Position numbers and translations under genes: made by a program
Notes under the pieces: generated by a model
Database searches by the model: none
What the model saw: only the letters and a program-made list of their open reading frames with translations
Told to the model about the DNA's origin: nothing
NCBI RefSeq assembly: GCF_009914755.1
Contig: NC_060942.1
Strand: one strand, 5' to 3'
DNA: 64,000 nucleotides
DNA from: the human T2T-CHM13v2.0 reference genome, Homo sapiens
Shown: positions 14,402 through 34,279 of the stretch, piece after piece
Position numbering within the stretch: the stretch's first letter is position 1
Layout: every line of letters starts with the position of its first letter

Positions 14402-15383
14402 AATTTTGTGATTAAAAAAAAAAATGATGCTAATTTCTTGATCTGGAATGCAACCATGAGCTTTTTGTGGGAAAATGTTATGGAATAACTGCCAGAAAAC
14501 ATTGTGGTGAAAATTAACTATTACTTTAGGAAAATATGATAAAGAGAGCATGTTCCCTTTTTATAGACTGAATTCTCACTTGAATGGCTTAAATAGCTAA
14601 GGCAGGGAGGGAAGTCCAGTTAATATCTCAGAAGCACAACTATTTGTTTCGAGGCTTTTTCCAGTATTTTTTTCAAAACCACTTTAAAAATGTGAGGGAA
14701 TTAAGCTGCTTGTTCGGTTTAAGTAGGAATTACTTAGTGTTTATGTCTAATGGTTTATTTTTTGCATGTGAGGAAAACAGCAGAAAACATCTAATAATTT
14801 ATCATTTTGCATTCATAGAAAAAATACTAGAATTTGGAGTGAAATCATTCTAAACCTCTTATTTAAGAAGCAGAATTTTGGAACGAGAGGATCTTAAATG
14901 TCATCTAATTTAATTTTACTTTCAAGAAGAAACAGAAATACTGAGAACTGATGAAGGTCAACCAAAAAGTCTTTGGTAGATCTCAGAATAGAATCTTGGA
15001 CCTCACGCTCCCAGATCACACTACATAAAAAGTGATGGTCACTTTCCTAACTGAATGACCCTTAAGGACCATTGAAAATTGTGTACTGTGATATGGTCCT
15101 TTGCTAGTTGTCTTTTTTTCTCAAATCAATTTCGAAGAAAGCGTTTTTGCCCTGAAAGCGGCTGCAGCTCAGTGGAAGCTGGAACTGAAATAAAGTTAGG
15201 AACTTGCATTCCTTGCTCAGAGTTCTCTCTTTACTTTCTCTAGATAGAATACAAAGTGGGTGGTAAATTTGAATATTTTATATGCACTGGGGTCTGTGCT
15301 AAGGTATAATTTTAGTTACTTCTCATAGCCTTTTTATTGAACTTTATCATTTCATAATATAGATGATGAAATTAAGTAATTTA

Positions 15384-15527
15384 GGCCAGGTGCATTGGTT
15401 CATGCCTGTCATCCCAGCACTTTTGAGAGGCCGAAGCAGGAGGATTACTTGAGGCCATGAGTTTGTGGCTAGCCTAGGCAACAAAGCAAGACCTGGTCTC
15501 AATACTTAAAAAACAAAAAGAAAAAAA
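15384..15527 (+). mobile_element. FLAM monomer
   Basis: Alu left arm plus A tail. Confidence 0.8.
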
Positions 15528-16401
15528 TAATTTGGACTTTGCTCTCAGTTGTATTTAATCTAAAGTACATGTTTTAGGGACTTCTGGACAAAAGGGTAGA
15601 CTGGAGATGCCCCCTTCTTTTTCAAATATGGAAAAGCTAGATAAAAATAAAACACTTAAAGAAAGGGGAATCTGCAGGTGCCTGAAATGAAAAAGAACAC
15701 AGTCATAACAGAGAACAGAAGTTGAAGCTTTATCCTATAGGGAAAATAAAAAGATACCTTTAGTGTGTGAGCTTTAATGTAGTAGTGGAATCCATTGGCC
15801 CAGGAATGGCAGAAAGCCAAGACTGGGCTCTTTGAGTAAAAGTCCAGACCAGGAGGACTCTCAATTATTCATAAATAGGTCCTTAAAAAACAGGCCATCT
15901 ACCAGCCTGGGTTTATATTTCCAGGTATATCTTCTTCCTGTCTTTTTATTTTCACCGTTTTTGGTCTTCTTTAGTGGTCTGCTTTTTTTTTTAAAGTATA
16001 TTGCTGGATTCTGTTTATCCACTTTTACAGACTCTTGATTAGTGAGTTTCATTTATTGTAGTAATATATATATATTGGAAGTTATTTACATTCTATTTAC
16101 CACACTTAAAAAAATTTTTTTCTGCCTTCTGTCACATAGATTGAATGTTCATTTGTTTTCAAAGGCATCCATTTGATTTATTGAGACCTATATTTCTATT
16201 CATTTTCTACAGTTTTTTAATTTTAATGTATATTTTCCCTCTAAGCCAGATAAGTCCTTTAAATGCTTTCTCACTTTCCTGTGGGCTTTTTCCCTCTCCT
16301 TGACCCCTACCCTTTCCCAAAAGCCTTGTTGATTGATAGGGGTATTCTTTTACATATTTGTCCTTTTTCTTTTTGTATGAAATAGACTTATTAGATTATA
16401 A

Positions 16402-16665
<264 letters not shown>

Positions 16666-17588
16666 TGATGTCTGAAAATATTTTTCGTTAACCCTCAGGT
16701 ATAGCTGATAGCTTAGTATCACCAATAGCTTAGTTTGAGTAATGATTTTGGTTTTAAATAGTTTCCCCTTAACATTTTGAGAATATTACTACATTGTTTT
16801 CTTATCTCTGATGTTACTTTGGGGGAAGTTCTGTTGGCAGTTTGATTTCTTTTCCTCTCTAGAACATTTTGAAATCCTTTGTCTTTTTCAGTTTCGTTGT
16901 AATGTGTCTGTGTATAGTTCATTTTCCTGGTTTGGCCCTTGGATTCATGTTTACTTACTCATTTATCAAATATTGAATTTGTCAGGAGCCTACTGTGTGT
17001 CCCAGGATGTATTCCAGACAATTTAATCTGAGTTCTTTCACCTTTTCTTATTTGGGGGAAATTACTGGTCATTTTTTCAAATATTTTGTTTTCTCCATTT
17101 TCTTCTCTTTATGGAAAAATTATTGGTCATTTTTTTCAAGTACTTTGTTTTCTTCATTTTCTTTTCTTTACAGGAATTCTGTTGTATGGATTTTGTCACT
17201 TCTAGTTTCTGTATGTCTCTTAACTTTTAATATTTTGTTTTTTTCTAATCCCTTCCTGATGTCTTCTGGGACTGTCTTCTCTACTTGTTCTTCTAGCTCA
17301 CTAATTCATTCTTTGGCTTATCTATTATATACCTAATCTGAAGAGTTCTTTATTTCAACCCATGTATGTTCATACTCTGTATTGGTTCTTTTTTGTAACT
17401 ACTTAGTTCTGCATGTTATCAGTCTTCTAGCTCTAAGAGGATTTTAAATGTTTTGAAAATTCTTCATGTGTCTTTTCCATTAATTCTGCTTTGTATACAC
17501 ATAGCTTAGTTTGAATGGGAAACCAATGAAAAAGTTCAAGCAGGGCGGTGATATAATTTGATTTTTAGTTTTAAAAGATTACTCTGCG

Positions 17589-18025
17589 GCTGGGCACAGT
17601 GATTCAAGCCTGTAATCCCCCAGCACTTTGGGAGGCCGAGGCAGGAGGATGACTTGAGCCCAGCAGTTCAAGACCAGTCTTGGCAACATGGCAAAACCCT
17701 GTCTCTACAAAAAATACAAAAATTAGATGGATGTGGTAACATGTGCCTGCAGTCTCAGCTACTTGGGAGGCTCAGGTGGGAGGATTGATCACTTGAGACT
17801 GCAGTGCACCATGATCATGCCACTGCACTCCAGTCTGAGCTACAGAACGAGATCCTGTCTCAATAAATGAATGAATGAATGATTACTCCAAGTCAGGTGC
17901 AGAAGCACACACCTGTACTCCTAGCTGCTTGGGCGACCGAGGTGGGCAGATCGCTTGAGCCCAGGAGCTTAAGGCCAGCCTGGGCAACATAGTGAAACTC
18001 GTCTCTTAAAAAACAACAACAACAC
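17589..18025 (+). mobile_element. AluJ followed by a FLAM-type monomer
   Basis: Alu dimer with (ATGA)n tail, then a second monomer at 17893-18025. Confidence 0.85.
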
Positions 18026-18029
18026 ACAC

Positions 18030-18560
18030 TCTGGCTACTGCCTGTAGAAGATGGGGGTGTGTATAAGGTGGAGGTGGTGACAAGAATGTAAGCAGGAAGA
18101 TATTTGGGAAGTGTTTGCAATAGTCTATTCAAGAGATGATGGTGGCTTGGATTAGGATGGTAGCAAGTGAGATGGGAAGACATGAATTTAATTTGTGGTA
18201 TATTTTAGAGATGGAATCAGCATTTCTGAATTTCTGGCTTAAGTGATGGATGGATGTTGGTGGCATTTATTGGAATAGAGAAGATTAACAGAAAAGAGTT
18301 CTCTGTAGTCCTTTTTGGTTTGGTTATGCCTATTAGATATCCATGTGAAGATGTCAAGTGGGTATTTACATACACAAATCTGGAGTTTTAGAGAAGGTCT
18401 AGGACTAGAAATACAGAGTTGGAAATCAGTGGCTTATTAGTGGTATTCAAAGCCATGAGACTGGATTAGGTTTTCTAACTTCACACATTTAGGTACCATG
18501 GCTTAGTGAATAAAAATAGACCTAGCCTAAAATGCTGAGGCACCCCTAATATTTACAAGT
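18030..18560. mobile_element. L2 remnant
   Basis: Purine-rich L2-type motifs (GATGATGGTGGCTTGGATTAGG; AAAGCCATGAGACTGGAT). Confidence 0.6.
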
Positions 18561-19346
18561 TCTTCAGAAAAGAAGAGATTAAAAAATAAGAAAGTTGCTT
18601 CTTGGAGAAGTGGGGAGGGTTAATGGGTACAAAAAGTAGAAAGAATCAATAAGACCTAGTATTTGCTGTCACAGCAGAGTGACTATAGTCAAAAATAATT
18701 TAATTGTACATTTTTAAGTAACTAAAAGAGTATAATTGGGTTGTTTGTAACACAAAGGATAAATGCTTGAAGATAATTTTCAGGATAAAAATGCGCCATA
18801 ATTTGTTTAACCAGGTATAAATGGATATGTAGATTTCCCCTCCAGTGTTTTGGGCATACTAGTAACACTTCCTTGAATGTCTTTTTATATTATCTTTACA
18901 TATTTGTGTAAGTACACCTGTAGGATAATCCCAGAAGTAGAATTACTAGAAGAGAAGACTGTGCGTTTAAATTTTTATAGTTTCTGCCAAATACCTCTCC
19001 AAGGAGAATATATCCCAATTTTTATCCCCATCAGCAGTGGATTAAAATGCTGGTTTTCCCAAACCCTTGCCAACAGTTTTAATCTTGGTCAGACTTTTAA
19101 GTGAGAAGTCATGTCATTATTTTATAGTTTCAAAACTGTGAATGAGTTTGCATACTTCTGTATGTTTACTTTTGTGTTTTTTGTTCTTTGTTCATGTCTT
19201 CTGATTTTTTTTGTAATTTTTCTGTTTTTCACTGATTTGTTATACCTCTTGGATTATTCTTTTTCATATGTGTTGCAAATGTTTTCACTTGTTTTCTGAT
19301 TTCTGTTTATGATGTTTACATTGTAGAAATTTTAAATTTTTATTTA

Positions 19347-19631
<285 letters not shown>

Positions 19632-20554
19632 TCACATTTTGGAAAGGCTTTCTCTATCCAAGGATTTTTCCCCTAATACTTATATGGTTTAATTTTTATA
19701 TTTTTTTTGTCCCAGATGCCAACATTTTTACCTTGTCATAATTAATTCTGAAATTCATTTGGTGAGAATTAAGATAATTTTGAAAAAGAAAAACGGTGAG
19801 GAGGAAGTAAAATTAGTATTAGAAAGCTGTACAATAAAAACAGTACAGTATTGATACAAGAATGGAAAGACAGAGTATTGGTGGAACAGACTAGAAAGCC
19901 TGAAAAGAGATTTAGTTATTAACATATAAAGGAGTAAGAGTGTGGTTTAAAAATAAAAATTGGCATTATAGGTAAGTGGATGAAAAGAGTTAAACATCAA
20001 AAGTAGTTGAAATAAGATTGAATGTATTCTGATCTTTGGCTAGAGAAGCTTTATATCTAAAAGCAAAGGAAGGATTTATCAAGAAAACTACAGGCATCAA
20101 AAATATATTTGCATTGTTTACCCATGTTTATAGCAGCATTATTCACAATAGCCAGAAGGTAGAAACAGCCCAATATCCACTCAGCAAAATGTGGTATATA
20201 CGTAAATGGAATATTACTCAGCTTTAAAAAGGAAAGTATTGGCTGTGTAGAGAGCATTGAAAAAAAATTGTGACACATGCTACAGCATGTGTCAGAACTT
20301 TGAAGTCAGTATGCTAAGTGAAATAATCTAGTCACACAAAAGGAAAAATATCATATGATTGCACTTGCACGAAGTGCCTAGAGTAGGTTCATGGAGATAG
20401 AAAGAATGGTGATTACCAGGAGCTGGGAAAAGTGGGAAATGAGTTTTCTTGTTAAATGGGTTTCAGTTACAGAAGATGATCAAGTTCTAGAGATAGATGG
20501 TAGTGATGATTGCATGACAGTGTGGATGTTACTCAGTGCCACAGAACTCTGAAC

Positions 20555-20962
20555 CGTGCTTCTAGAATTAGGATGGCGTTACATCCCAACTAAGCAATAG
20601 TTGAAAATACTATTAAGTTAAAAATGCATTAATACACCTAGTCTACTGAACATCATAGCTTAGACTAGCCTCTGTAAATGTACTCAGCATACTTACAGTA
20701 GCCTACGGTTGAACAAAATAACATGAAGCCTATTTTATAATAAAGTGTTGATCATCTCGTGGTTGTTTACCCCTGTCATCGTGTGGCTGACTGGGAGCTG
20801 CCCAGCATCACAAGAGAGTATACTACCACATACCAATAGCCTAGGAAAAGATAAAAATTCAAAAATCAAAGTACTGTTTCTAGTGAGTACGTATGACTTT
20901 TGCACCATTTATAAAGTCCAAATATTGTAAGTCGAACCATTGTAAGCTGAGGACCATCTGTA
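20555..20962. mobile_element. MER47-type (TcMar-Tigger) non-autonomous DNA transposon
   Basis: Terminal GTAAGTCGAACCATTGTAAG...GACCATCTG|TA and internal CATCATAGCTTAGACTAGCC resemble MER47. Confidence 0.7.
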
Positions 20963-20992
20963 TTTAAATATAGTTAAAATGGTAAATTTTAT

Positions 20993-21010
20993 GGTGTGTG
21001 TGGGTGTGTA

Positions 21011-21053
<43 letters not shown>

Positions 21054-21173
21054 GTATTTTTTTTTTTTTTTTGAGATGGAGTCTTGCTCTGTCTCCCAGG
21101 CTGGAGTGCAGTGGCATGATCTCGACTCACTGCAACCTCTGCCTCCCTGGTTCAAGCGATTCTTTTGCCTCAG
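20993..21173 (-). repeat. (TG)n(TA)n(T)n compound microsatellite abutting a truncated Alu
   Basis: Read directly. Confidence 0.9.
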
Positions 21174-21574
21174 TATGTTATGTATATTTAATCACAGTTC
21201 TAAAAAATATGCAACAAAAATGACAGCATCGGTTTTCCTCTTACAAATCGATAGGAAAATGATTGCCACAGCAGAAAAATGACCAAAGATATTAACAAAA
21301 ATTCTGAAAAACAAAAATAAAGTAAGTGGCTTAAGTGGAGTAGAAAAGGTTTTTAATCATGAGAAGTCAAAGAACTTAAGTGGTCAAACTGAGATGGGAT
21401 ATAGACGTGAAACCAGGATGGGGGCAGGATTTGAGGTAGAGATAAAGGCTGTGAGTGACACAAAGTCAATATGAGGTAAAGTAACTAGAGATGTAGATGT
21501 TTTCTCTGAAGAGGATGGAGTCGTTGCTTAATGGCTTCCAAACCATCAGAGTTACCTGAGAAACTTTTTAAAAT

Positions 21575-23191
<1,617 letters not shown>

Positions 23192-23256
23192 CTTCACCAT
23201 CCATTTATTAATATTTAATTGTTCATTTTCTTTATACATGTATAGTAGTTTCAGAT

Positions 23257-23865
23257 TTTTTTTTTTTAATTATTTGAGACAGAGTCTTGCTCTGTCACCC
23301 AGGCTAGGGTACAATGTCATGACCATAGCTTACCACAGCCTCAAACTCCTGGGCTCAAGTGATCCTCCTGCCTCAGCCTCCCAAGTAGCTGGGACTACAG
23401 ATGTCCACCACCACACGCAGCTCATTTTAAAATATTTGTTACTCTTGCCCGGTGGCTCATGCCTGTAATCCCCGCACTTTGGGAGTCCGAGGTGGGCAGA
23501 TCACTTGAGCTCAGGAGTTTGAGACCAGCCTGGGCAACATGGTAAAACCGTGTCTCTACCAAAAATACAAAATATTAGCTGGGTGTGGTGGCATGGGTCT
23601 GTGGTCCCAGCTACTTGGGAGGCTGAGGTGTGATCACAGCTCAGTGCAACCTCAGCTACGTGGACTCAGGTGATCCTCCCACTTCAGCCTTCTGAGTAGC
23701 TGGGACCACAGACTGTGCTGAGGCACCTGGCTAATTAAAAAACAATTTTTTTAGAGATGGGTTCTCACCAGCTCAGTCTGGTCTCAAACTCCTGGCCTCA
23801 AGTGATCCTCCTACCTTGGGCTTCCAAAGTGCTAGGATTATAGGCATGAACTCCTGTGCCCAGCT
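23257..23865. mobile_element. Alu cluster: minus AluJ arm, plus Alu (23447-23630), fused minus Alu (23630-23864)
   Basis: Orientation switches read directly. Confidence 0.85.
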
Positions 23866-24757
23866 TAAACTATTTTAAGTATATAATCCAGTGGTTTTTT
23901 TAGTATATTCACAGTGATGTGCAGCTATTGCCACTGCCTGATTCCAGAACACTTGTCATCGCCCAAAGGAAACCCTTGTAACCATTAAGCAGTCACTCCA
24001 TATTTTCCCAGTCCCCTGGCAAGCACTGATGGAGCTTTCTAAAAAGTGTTTTTTTATCACTCTACTCAGATACTCCGATTCAGTAGCTCTGAAAATGAAG
24101 CTAGGGATCTGTATCTTTTTTAAAAAGTATTCTTCTTGCTTCTGGTAACCAGGGAAGTTTGCGTTATCAAGTGTTATGAGCCTAAAAGAACAGCTTATTA
24201 AATTTGAGAGTAAATTGTAATGTTCTAGAAGCAGTTAATATGAATCAAGGAGCACCTAATCAAAGCTAAAAACAGTGCCAACACAATTTGATCGTCTTTA
24301 AAAGTCAGTTTAGATAGGGTTGAAATGAAAGAAATCATTTTATAAACTGTCAGCCTGTTGCATTTGTGTTTAGATTTCAGGTAAATTTAATCTGTAGTCA
24401 GTATTCATCCATCACTCAGTTTTGGTGTATTTTGTTCTCCTTGGTTTCCCCTAGTTTTTGTTTTTTGTTTTTGTAGAGATGAGGTCTCACTATGTTGCTT
24501 AGGCTAGTTTTGAACTCCTGGGCTCAAGCAATCCTCTTGCCTTGGCCTGTGTGTGTGTGTGTTGTTGTTGTTGTTGTTTTCCTTAAATTTTTTAAAAACT
24601 CCTGCTTACCTTAGTTCAGTCAGAGGGAAGCTATCCTTCTCCATGACCTCCAATACCTTAGTAAAACTGAGCTCTTAAAGAGTGAGTACTTATTGCCCAG
24701 TATGTAGCCATGGTAAAACTAAGTATATCTGAAAACTTAGTTGTGAAAGATTTGTAG

Positions 24758-25128
<371 letters not shown>

Positions 25129-25489
25129 TCTTTTTATTTTTAATAGAAAAAAGAATTGTGTATAGTTACGGGGTACTATGTGATATGTTGATGTGTGTGT
25201 GTGTGTATATATATATAAAATATATATATATGGAATGATTATACCAAGCTAATTAACACATTCATTATCTCTCATATATTTTGTTGCAGTGAGAACATTT
25301 ACCTACATTATTTATTTATTTATAATGTTTTTTAGAGACAGGGTCTCACTCTGTTGCCAGGCTGGAGTGCAGTGACACAATCATAGCTCACTGCAGCTTT
25401 AAACTCCTGGGTGCAAGCCATCCTCCTGCTCTAGCCTCCTGAGTAGCTGTGACTACAGGGGCATGCCACCACACCCAGCCAATTTTTTT

Positions 25490-28400
25490 TCCTTCAGCTT
25501 TTAAGTTATGGGGTACATGTGCAGTATGTGCAGGTTTGTTACCTAGGTAAACATATGCCGTGGTGGTTTGCTGCACAGATCAACCCATCACCTTGGTATT
25601 AAGCCTAGCATCCATTAGCTATTCTTCCTGATGCTATCCCTCCCCCAACCCCTCCCTCCTAAAGGCCCCAGTGTGTGTGTCCCCCCCCACCCCAATATGT
25701 CCATGTGTTCTCATCGTTGAGCTCACACTTATAAGTGAGAACATGTGGTGTTTGGTTTTCTTTTCCTGTGTTAGTTTGCTGAGGATGATAACAGCTTCCA
25801 GCTCCATCCATGTCTCTGCAAAGGACATGATCTCTTTCCTTTTTATGGCTGCATAGTATTCTGTGGTGTATGTTTACCACATTTTCTTTATCCAGTCTAT
25901 CATTGATGGGCATTGGGGTTGATTCCATGTCTTTGCTATTGTGAAGAGTGGTGCAGTGAAGATACACATGCATGTATCTTTGTAATAGAATGATTTATAT
26001 TCCTTTGGGTATATACCTAGTAATGAGATGGCTGGGTCAAATGGTATTTCTGCCTCTAGATCTTTGAGGAATCGCCACGCTGTCTTCCACAATAGTTGAA
26101 CTAATTCCTAACACTCCCACTAACAGTGTAAAAGCATTTCTTTTTCTCCACAACCTCGCCAGCGTCTGTTTCTGGACTTTTTAATAATCGCCATTCTGAC
26201 TGGCATGAGATGGTATCTCATTGTGGTTTTGATTTGCATTTCTCTAATCAGTGATACTGAGTTTTTTTTTCATGTTTGTTGGCTGCATGAATTCTTTTCT
26301 CGAAAAGTGTCTGTTCATGTTCTTTGCCCACTTTTTAATGGGGTTGGTTGTTTTTTTCTTATAAATTTAAGTTCCTTGTAGACTCTGGATATTAAATGTT
26401 TGTCAGATGCACAGATTGCAAAAATTTTCTCCAATTCTGTAGGTTGTCTGTTCACTCTGATGATAGTTTCTTTTGCTGTGCAGAAGCTCCTTAGTTTAAT
26501 TAGATCCCATTTGTCAATTTTTGCTTTTGTTGCAATTGTTTTTGGCGTTTTCATTGTGAAATCTTTGCCTGTGCCTGTGTCTGGAATGGTATTGCCTAGA
26601 TTTTCTTCTAGGATTTTTATAGTTTTGGGTTTTACATTGAAGTCTTTAATCCATCTTGAGATAATTTTTGTATAAATTGTAAGGAAGGGATCCAGTTTCA
26701 ATTTTTTTGCATATGGCTACCCAGCTCTCCTAACACCATTTATTAAATAGGGAATCCTTTCTTCATTGCTTGTTTTCGTCAGGTTTGTCAAAGGTCAGAT
26801 GATTGTGGGTGTGCCATCTTATTTCTGAGTTCTCTGTTTTTTTCCATTGGTCTGTGTGTCTGTTTTTGTACCAGTACCTTGCTGTTTTGGTTGCTGTAGC
26901 CCTGTAGTCTGGTAACATGATGCCTCTAGCCTTGTTCTTTTTCCTTAGGATTGTCTTGGCTATACGGGCTCTTTTTTGGTACCATATGAATTTTAAAGTA
27001 GTTTTTTTTCTAATTCTGTGAAGAACGTCAATGGTAGTTTAATGGGAATAGCATTGAATCTATAAATTACTTTGGGCAGTATAGCCATTTTCACAATATT
27101 GATTCTTCCTGTCCATGAGCATGGAATGTTTTTCCGTTTGTTTGTGTCCTCTCTTATTTCCTTGACCAGTGATTTGTACTTCTCCTTGAAGAGGTCCTTC
27201 ACCTCCCTTGTTGTATTCCTAGGTATTTTATTCTCTTTGTAGCAATTATGAATGGGAATTCATTCATGATTTGCGCTCTGCTTGCCTGTTGTTGCTGTAT
27301 AGGAATGGTAGTGATTATTGCACATTGATTTTGTATCCTGAGATTTTGCTGAAGTTGCTTATCAGCTTAAGACGCTTTCGGGCCGAGACAATGTGATTTT
27401 CTAGATATAGGATCATGTCTTCTGCAAACAAAGGTAATTTGACTTTCTCTCTTCCTATTGGAATACCTTTATTTCTTTCTCTTGCCTGATTACCCTGGCC
27501 AGAACTTCCAATACTGTGAGAAATGGTGAGACAGTGCATCTTTGTCTTGTGCTGGTTTTCAAGGGAAATGCTTCCAGCTTTTGCCATTTAATATGATAAT
27601 AGCTGTGGGTTTGTCATATATGGCTGTTATTATTTTGTGGTATGTTCCTTCAGTCCCTAGTTTATTGAGAGTTTTTAACATGAAGGGATGTTGAATTTTC
27701 TGAAGGCCTTTTCTGCATCTGTTGAGATAATCATGTGGTGTCTGTCTTTAGTTCTGTGTATGTGATGAATTACATTTATTGATTTGTGTATGTTGAACCA
27801 ACCTTGCATGCCAGGGGTGAAACCAACTTGATTTTTTTGTGTGTCTGTCTCCTTCAGTTCAGCTCTGATCTTGGTTATTTCTTGTCTTCTGCTAGCTTTG
27901 GTGTTTGTTTGCTCTTGGTTCTCTAATTCTTTTAGTTGTGACATTAGGTTGTTAATTTGGTATCTTCCTAGCTTTTTGATGTGGGCATTTAGTGCTATAG
28001 ATTTCCTTCTTAACACCGTTTTAGCTGCATCCCAGAGATTCTAGTACGTTGTCTCTTTGCATTCGTTTCCAAGAACTTCTTGATTTCTGCCTTAATTTTA
28101 TTCACCCAGGAGTCATTCAGGAGCAGGTTGTTCAGTTTACATGTAGTTATGTGGTTTTGAGTGAATTTCTTCGTCTTGAGTTCTGATTTGATTGTGCTGT
28201 GTTCTAAGAGAGTTGGTTGTAATTTCAGTCGTTTTGCATTTGCTCAGGAGTGTTTTATTAATAATTGTGATTATGTAATCAAATTTAGAGTAAGTGCCAT
28301 GTGGCAATGAGAAGAATATATAATCTGTTGTTTTTGAGTGGAGCGTTCTGTAGATATCTGTCAGGTCTGCTTGATCCAGAGCTGAATTTAGGTCCTGAGT

Positions 28401-28765
28401 ATCTTTGTTAATTTTCTGTCTCTATGATTTGTCTAATATTGTCAGTGGGGTGTTAAAGTCTCCCACTATTATTATGTGTGAGTCTAAGTCTCTTTGTAGG
28501 TCTTTAAGAACTTGCTTTATGAATCTAGGTGCTCCTGTATTGGTTGCATATGTACTTAGGATAGTTAGCTCTTCTCGTTGAACTGAACCTTTTACCATTA
28601 CGTGATGTCGTTTGTCTTTTTTTGATCTTTGTTGTTTTCAAGTCTGTTTTGTCAGAAACTAGGATTGCGACTCCTGCTTTTTTCTGTTTTCCATTGCTTG
28701 GTAAGTTTTCCACCATCCCTTTATTTTGAGCCTATGTGTGTCTTTGCATGTGAAATGGATTTCTT
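25490..28765 (-). mobile_element. Older L1PA (about L1PA10-13), 3' half with degenerate ORF2
   Basis: ORF2 fragments (25874-26092, 26315-26701, 26993-27202, 27675-28016) and an L1PA-type 3'UTR. Confidence 0.9.
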
Positions 28766-28770
28766 TTTTT

Positions 28771-29149
28771 GGCGGGGGGCAATGCCTTTTTTATTGTGGT
28801 AAAATATACATAACATAGAATTTGGCACTTTAGCTATGTTTGAGTGTACAGTTCAGTAGCATTAAGTACATTCACATTGTCATGCAACCATCACCACTGT
28901 TCTTCATCAGAATGTTTTCGTCATCCCAAGCTGAAACTTCATACCAATTGAACACTGACTCTGCATTCCCTCTCCCTGAGCCCCTGGCAACCACCATCCT
29001 AATTTATATCTATGAATTTGGCTATTCTAAGTACTTCACACAAGTGGAATCATATAGTATTTGTCCTTTTGTGACTGGGTTATTTCACTTGGCATAATGT
29101 CTTCAGTGTTCTTCCATGCTGTACATGACATGTGTCAGAATTTCCCTCC
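28771..29149 (-). other. L1MB-type 3' end fragment, interpreted as a 3' transduction of the L1PA4-like element
   Basis: Lies between the L1PA4 A-tail and its TSD; has AATAAA (28790-28795, minus strand) 19 nt before a second short poly(A). Confidence 0.75.
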
Positions 29150-29391
29150 TTTTTTTATTTATTTTTATTTTTTTATTTTATTATTATTCTACTTTAAGTT
29201 TTAGGGTACATGTGGACAACATGCAGGTTTTTTACGTATGTATACATGTGCCATGTTGGTGTGCTGCACCCATTAACTCATCATTTAGCATTAGGTATAT
29301 CTCCTAATGCTATCCCTCCCCCCCTCCCCCTACCCCACAACAGTCCCTGGTGTGTGATGTTCCCCTTCCTGTGTCCAAGTGTTCTCATTGT

Positions 29392-33207
<3,816 letters not shown>

Positions 33208-33270
33208 TATGATGTTAGCTGGTTATTTTGCTCGTTAGTTGATGCAGTTTCTTCCTAGCATTGATGGTCT

Positions 33271-34279
33271 TTACAATTTGGCATGTTTTTGCAGTGGCTG
33301 GTACCAGTTGTTCCTTTCCATGTTTAGTGCTTCCTTCAGGAGCTCTTTTAGGGCAGGCCTGGTAGTGACAAAATCTCTCAGCATTTGCTTGTCTGTAAAG
33401 TATTTTATTTCTCCTTCACTTATGAAGCTTAGTTTGGCCGGATATGAAATTCTGGGTTGAAAATTATTTTCTTTAAGAATGTTGAATATTGGTCCCCACT
33501 CTCTTCCGGCTTGTAGAGTTTCTGCCGAGAGATCAGCTGTTAATCTGATGGGCTTGCCTTTGTGGGTAACCCCACCTTTCTCTCTGGCTGCCCTTAACAT
33601 TTTTTCCTTCATTTCAACTTTGGTGATTCTGACAATTATGTGTCTTGGAGTTGCTCTTCTCGAGGAGTATCTTTGTGGCATTCTCTGTATTTCCTGAATT
33701 TGAATGTTGGCCTGCCTTGCTAGATTGGGGAAGTTCTCCTGGATAATATCCTGCAGAGTGTTTTCCAACTTGGTTCCATTCTCCCCGTCACTTTCAGGTA
33801 AACCAGTCAGATGTAGATTTGGTCTTTTCACAAAGTCCCATATTTCTTGGAGGTTTTGTTTGTTTCTTTTTATTCTTTTTTCTCTAAACTTCTTGCTTCA
33901 TTTCATTCATTTGATCTTCCGTCACTTATACCCTTTCTTCCAGTTGATCGCATCGGCTGCTGAGACTTCTGCATTCGTCATGTAGCTCTGGTGCCTTGGT
34001 TTTCAGCTCCATCAGGTCCTTTAAGGACTTCTCTGCATTGGTTATTCTAGTTATCCATTCGTCAATTTTTTTTTCAAAGCTTTTAACTTCTTTGCCATTG
34101 GTTTGAATTTCCTCTTGTAGCTCGGAGTAGTTTGATCTTCTGAAGCCTTCTCTCAACTTTTCAAAGTCATTCTCCCTCCAGCTTTGTTCCATTGCTGGTG
34201 AGGAGCTGCGTTCCTTTGGAGGAGGAGAGGCGCTCTGATTTTTAGAGTTTCCAGTTTTTCTGCTCTGTTTTTTTCCCAT
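33271..34279 (-). pseudogene. L1 ORF1, frameshifted
   Basis: MGKKQSRKTGNSK... and ...RPALKELLKEALNMERNN in two separate ORFs. Confidence 0.95.

Larger units (their letters stand above)
20120..21210 (+). mobile_element. L1MB/MC-type 3' end interrupted by a MER47-type element and an Alu fragment
   Basis: L1M 3'UTR motifs (ATAGCAGCATTATTCACAATAGCC...; GTTAAAATGGTAAATTTTATG...) resume after the inserts. Confidence 0.7.
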
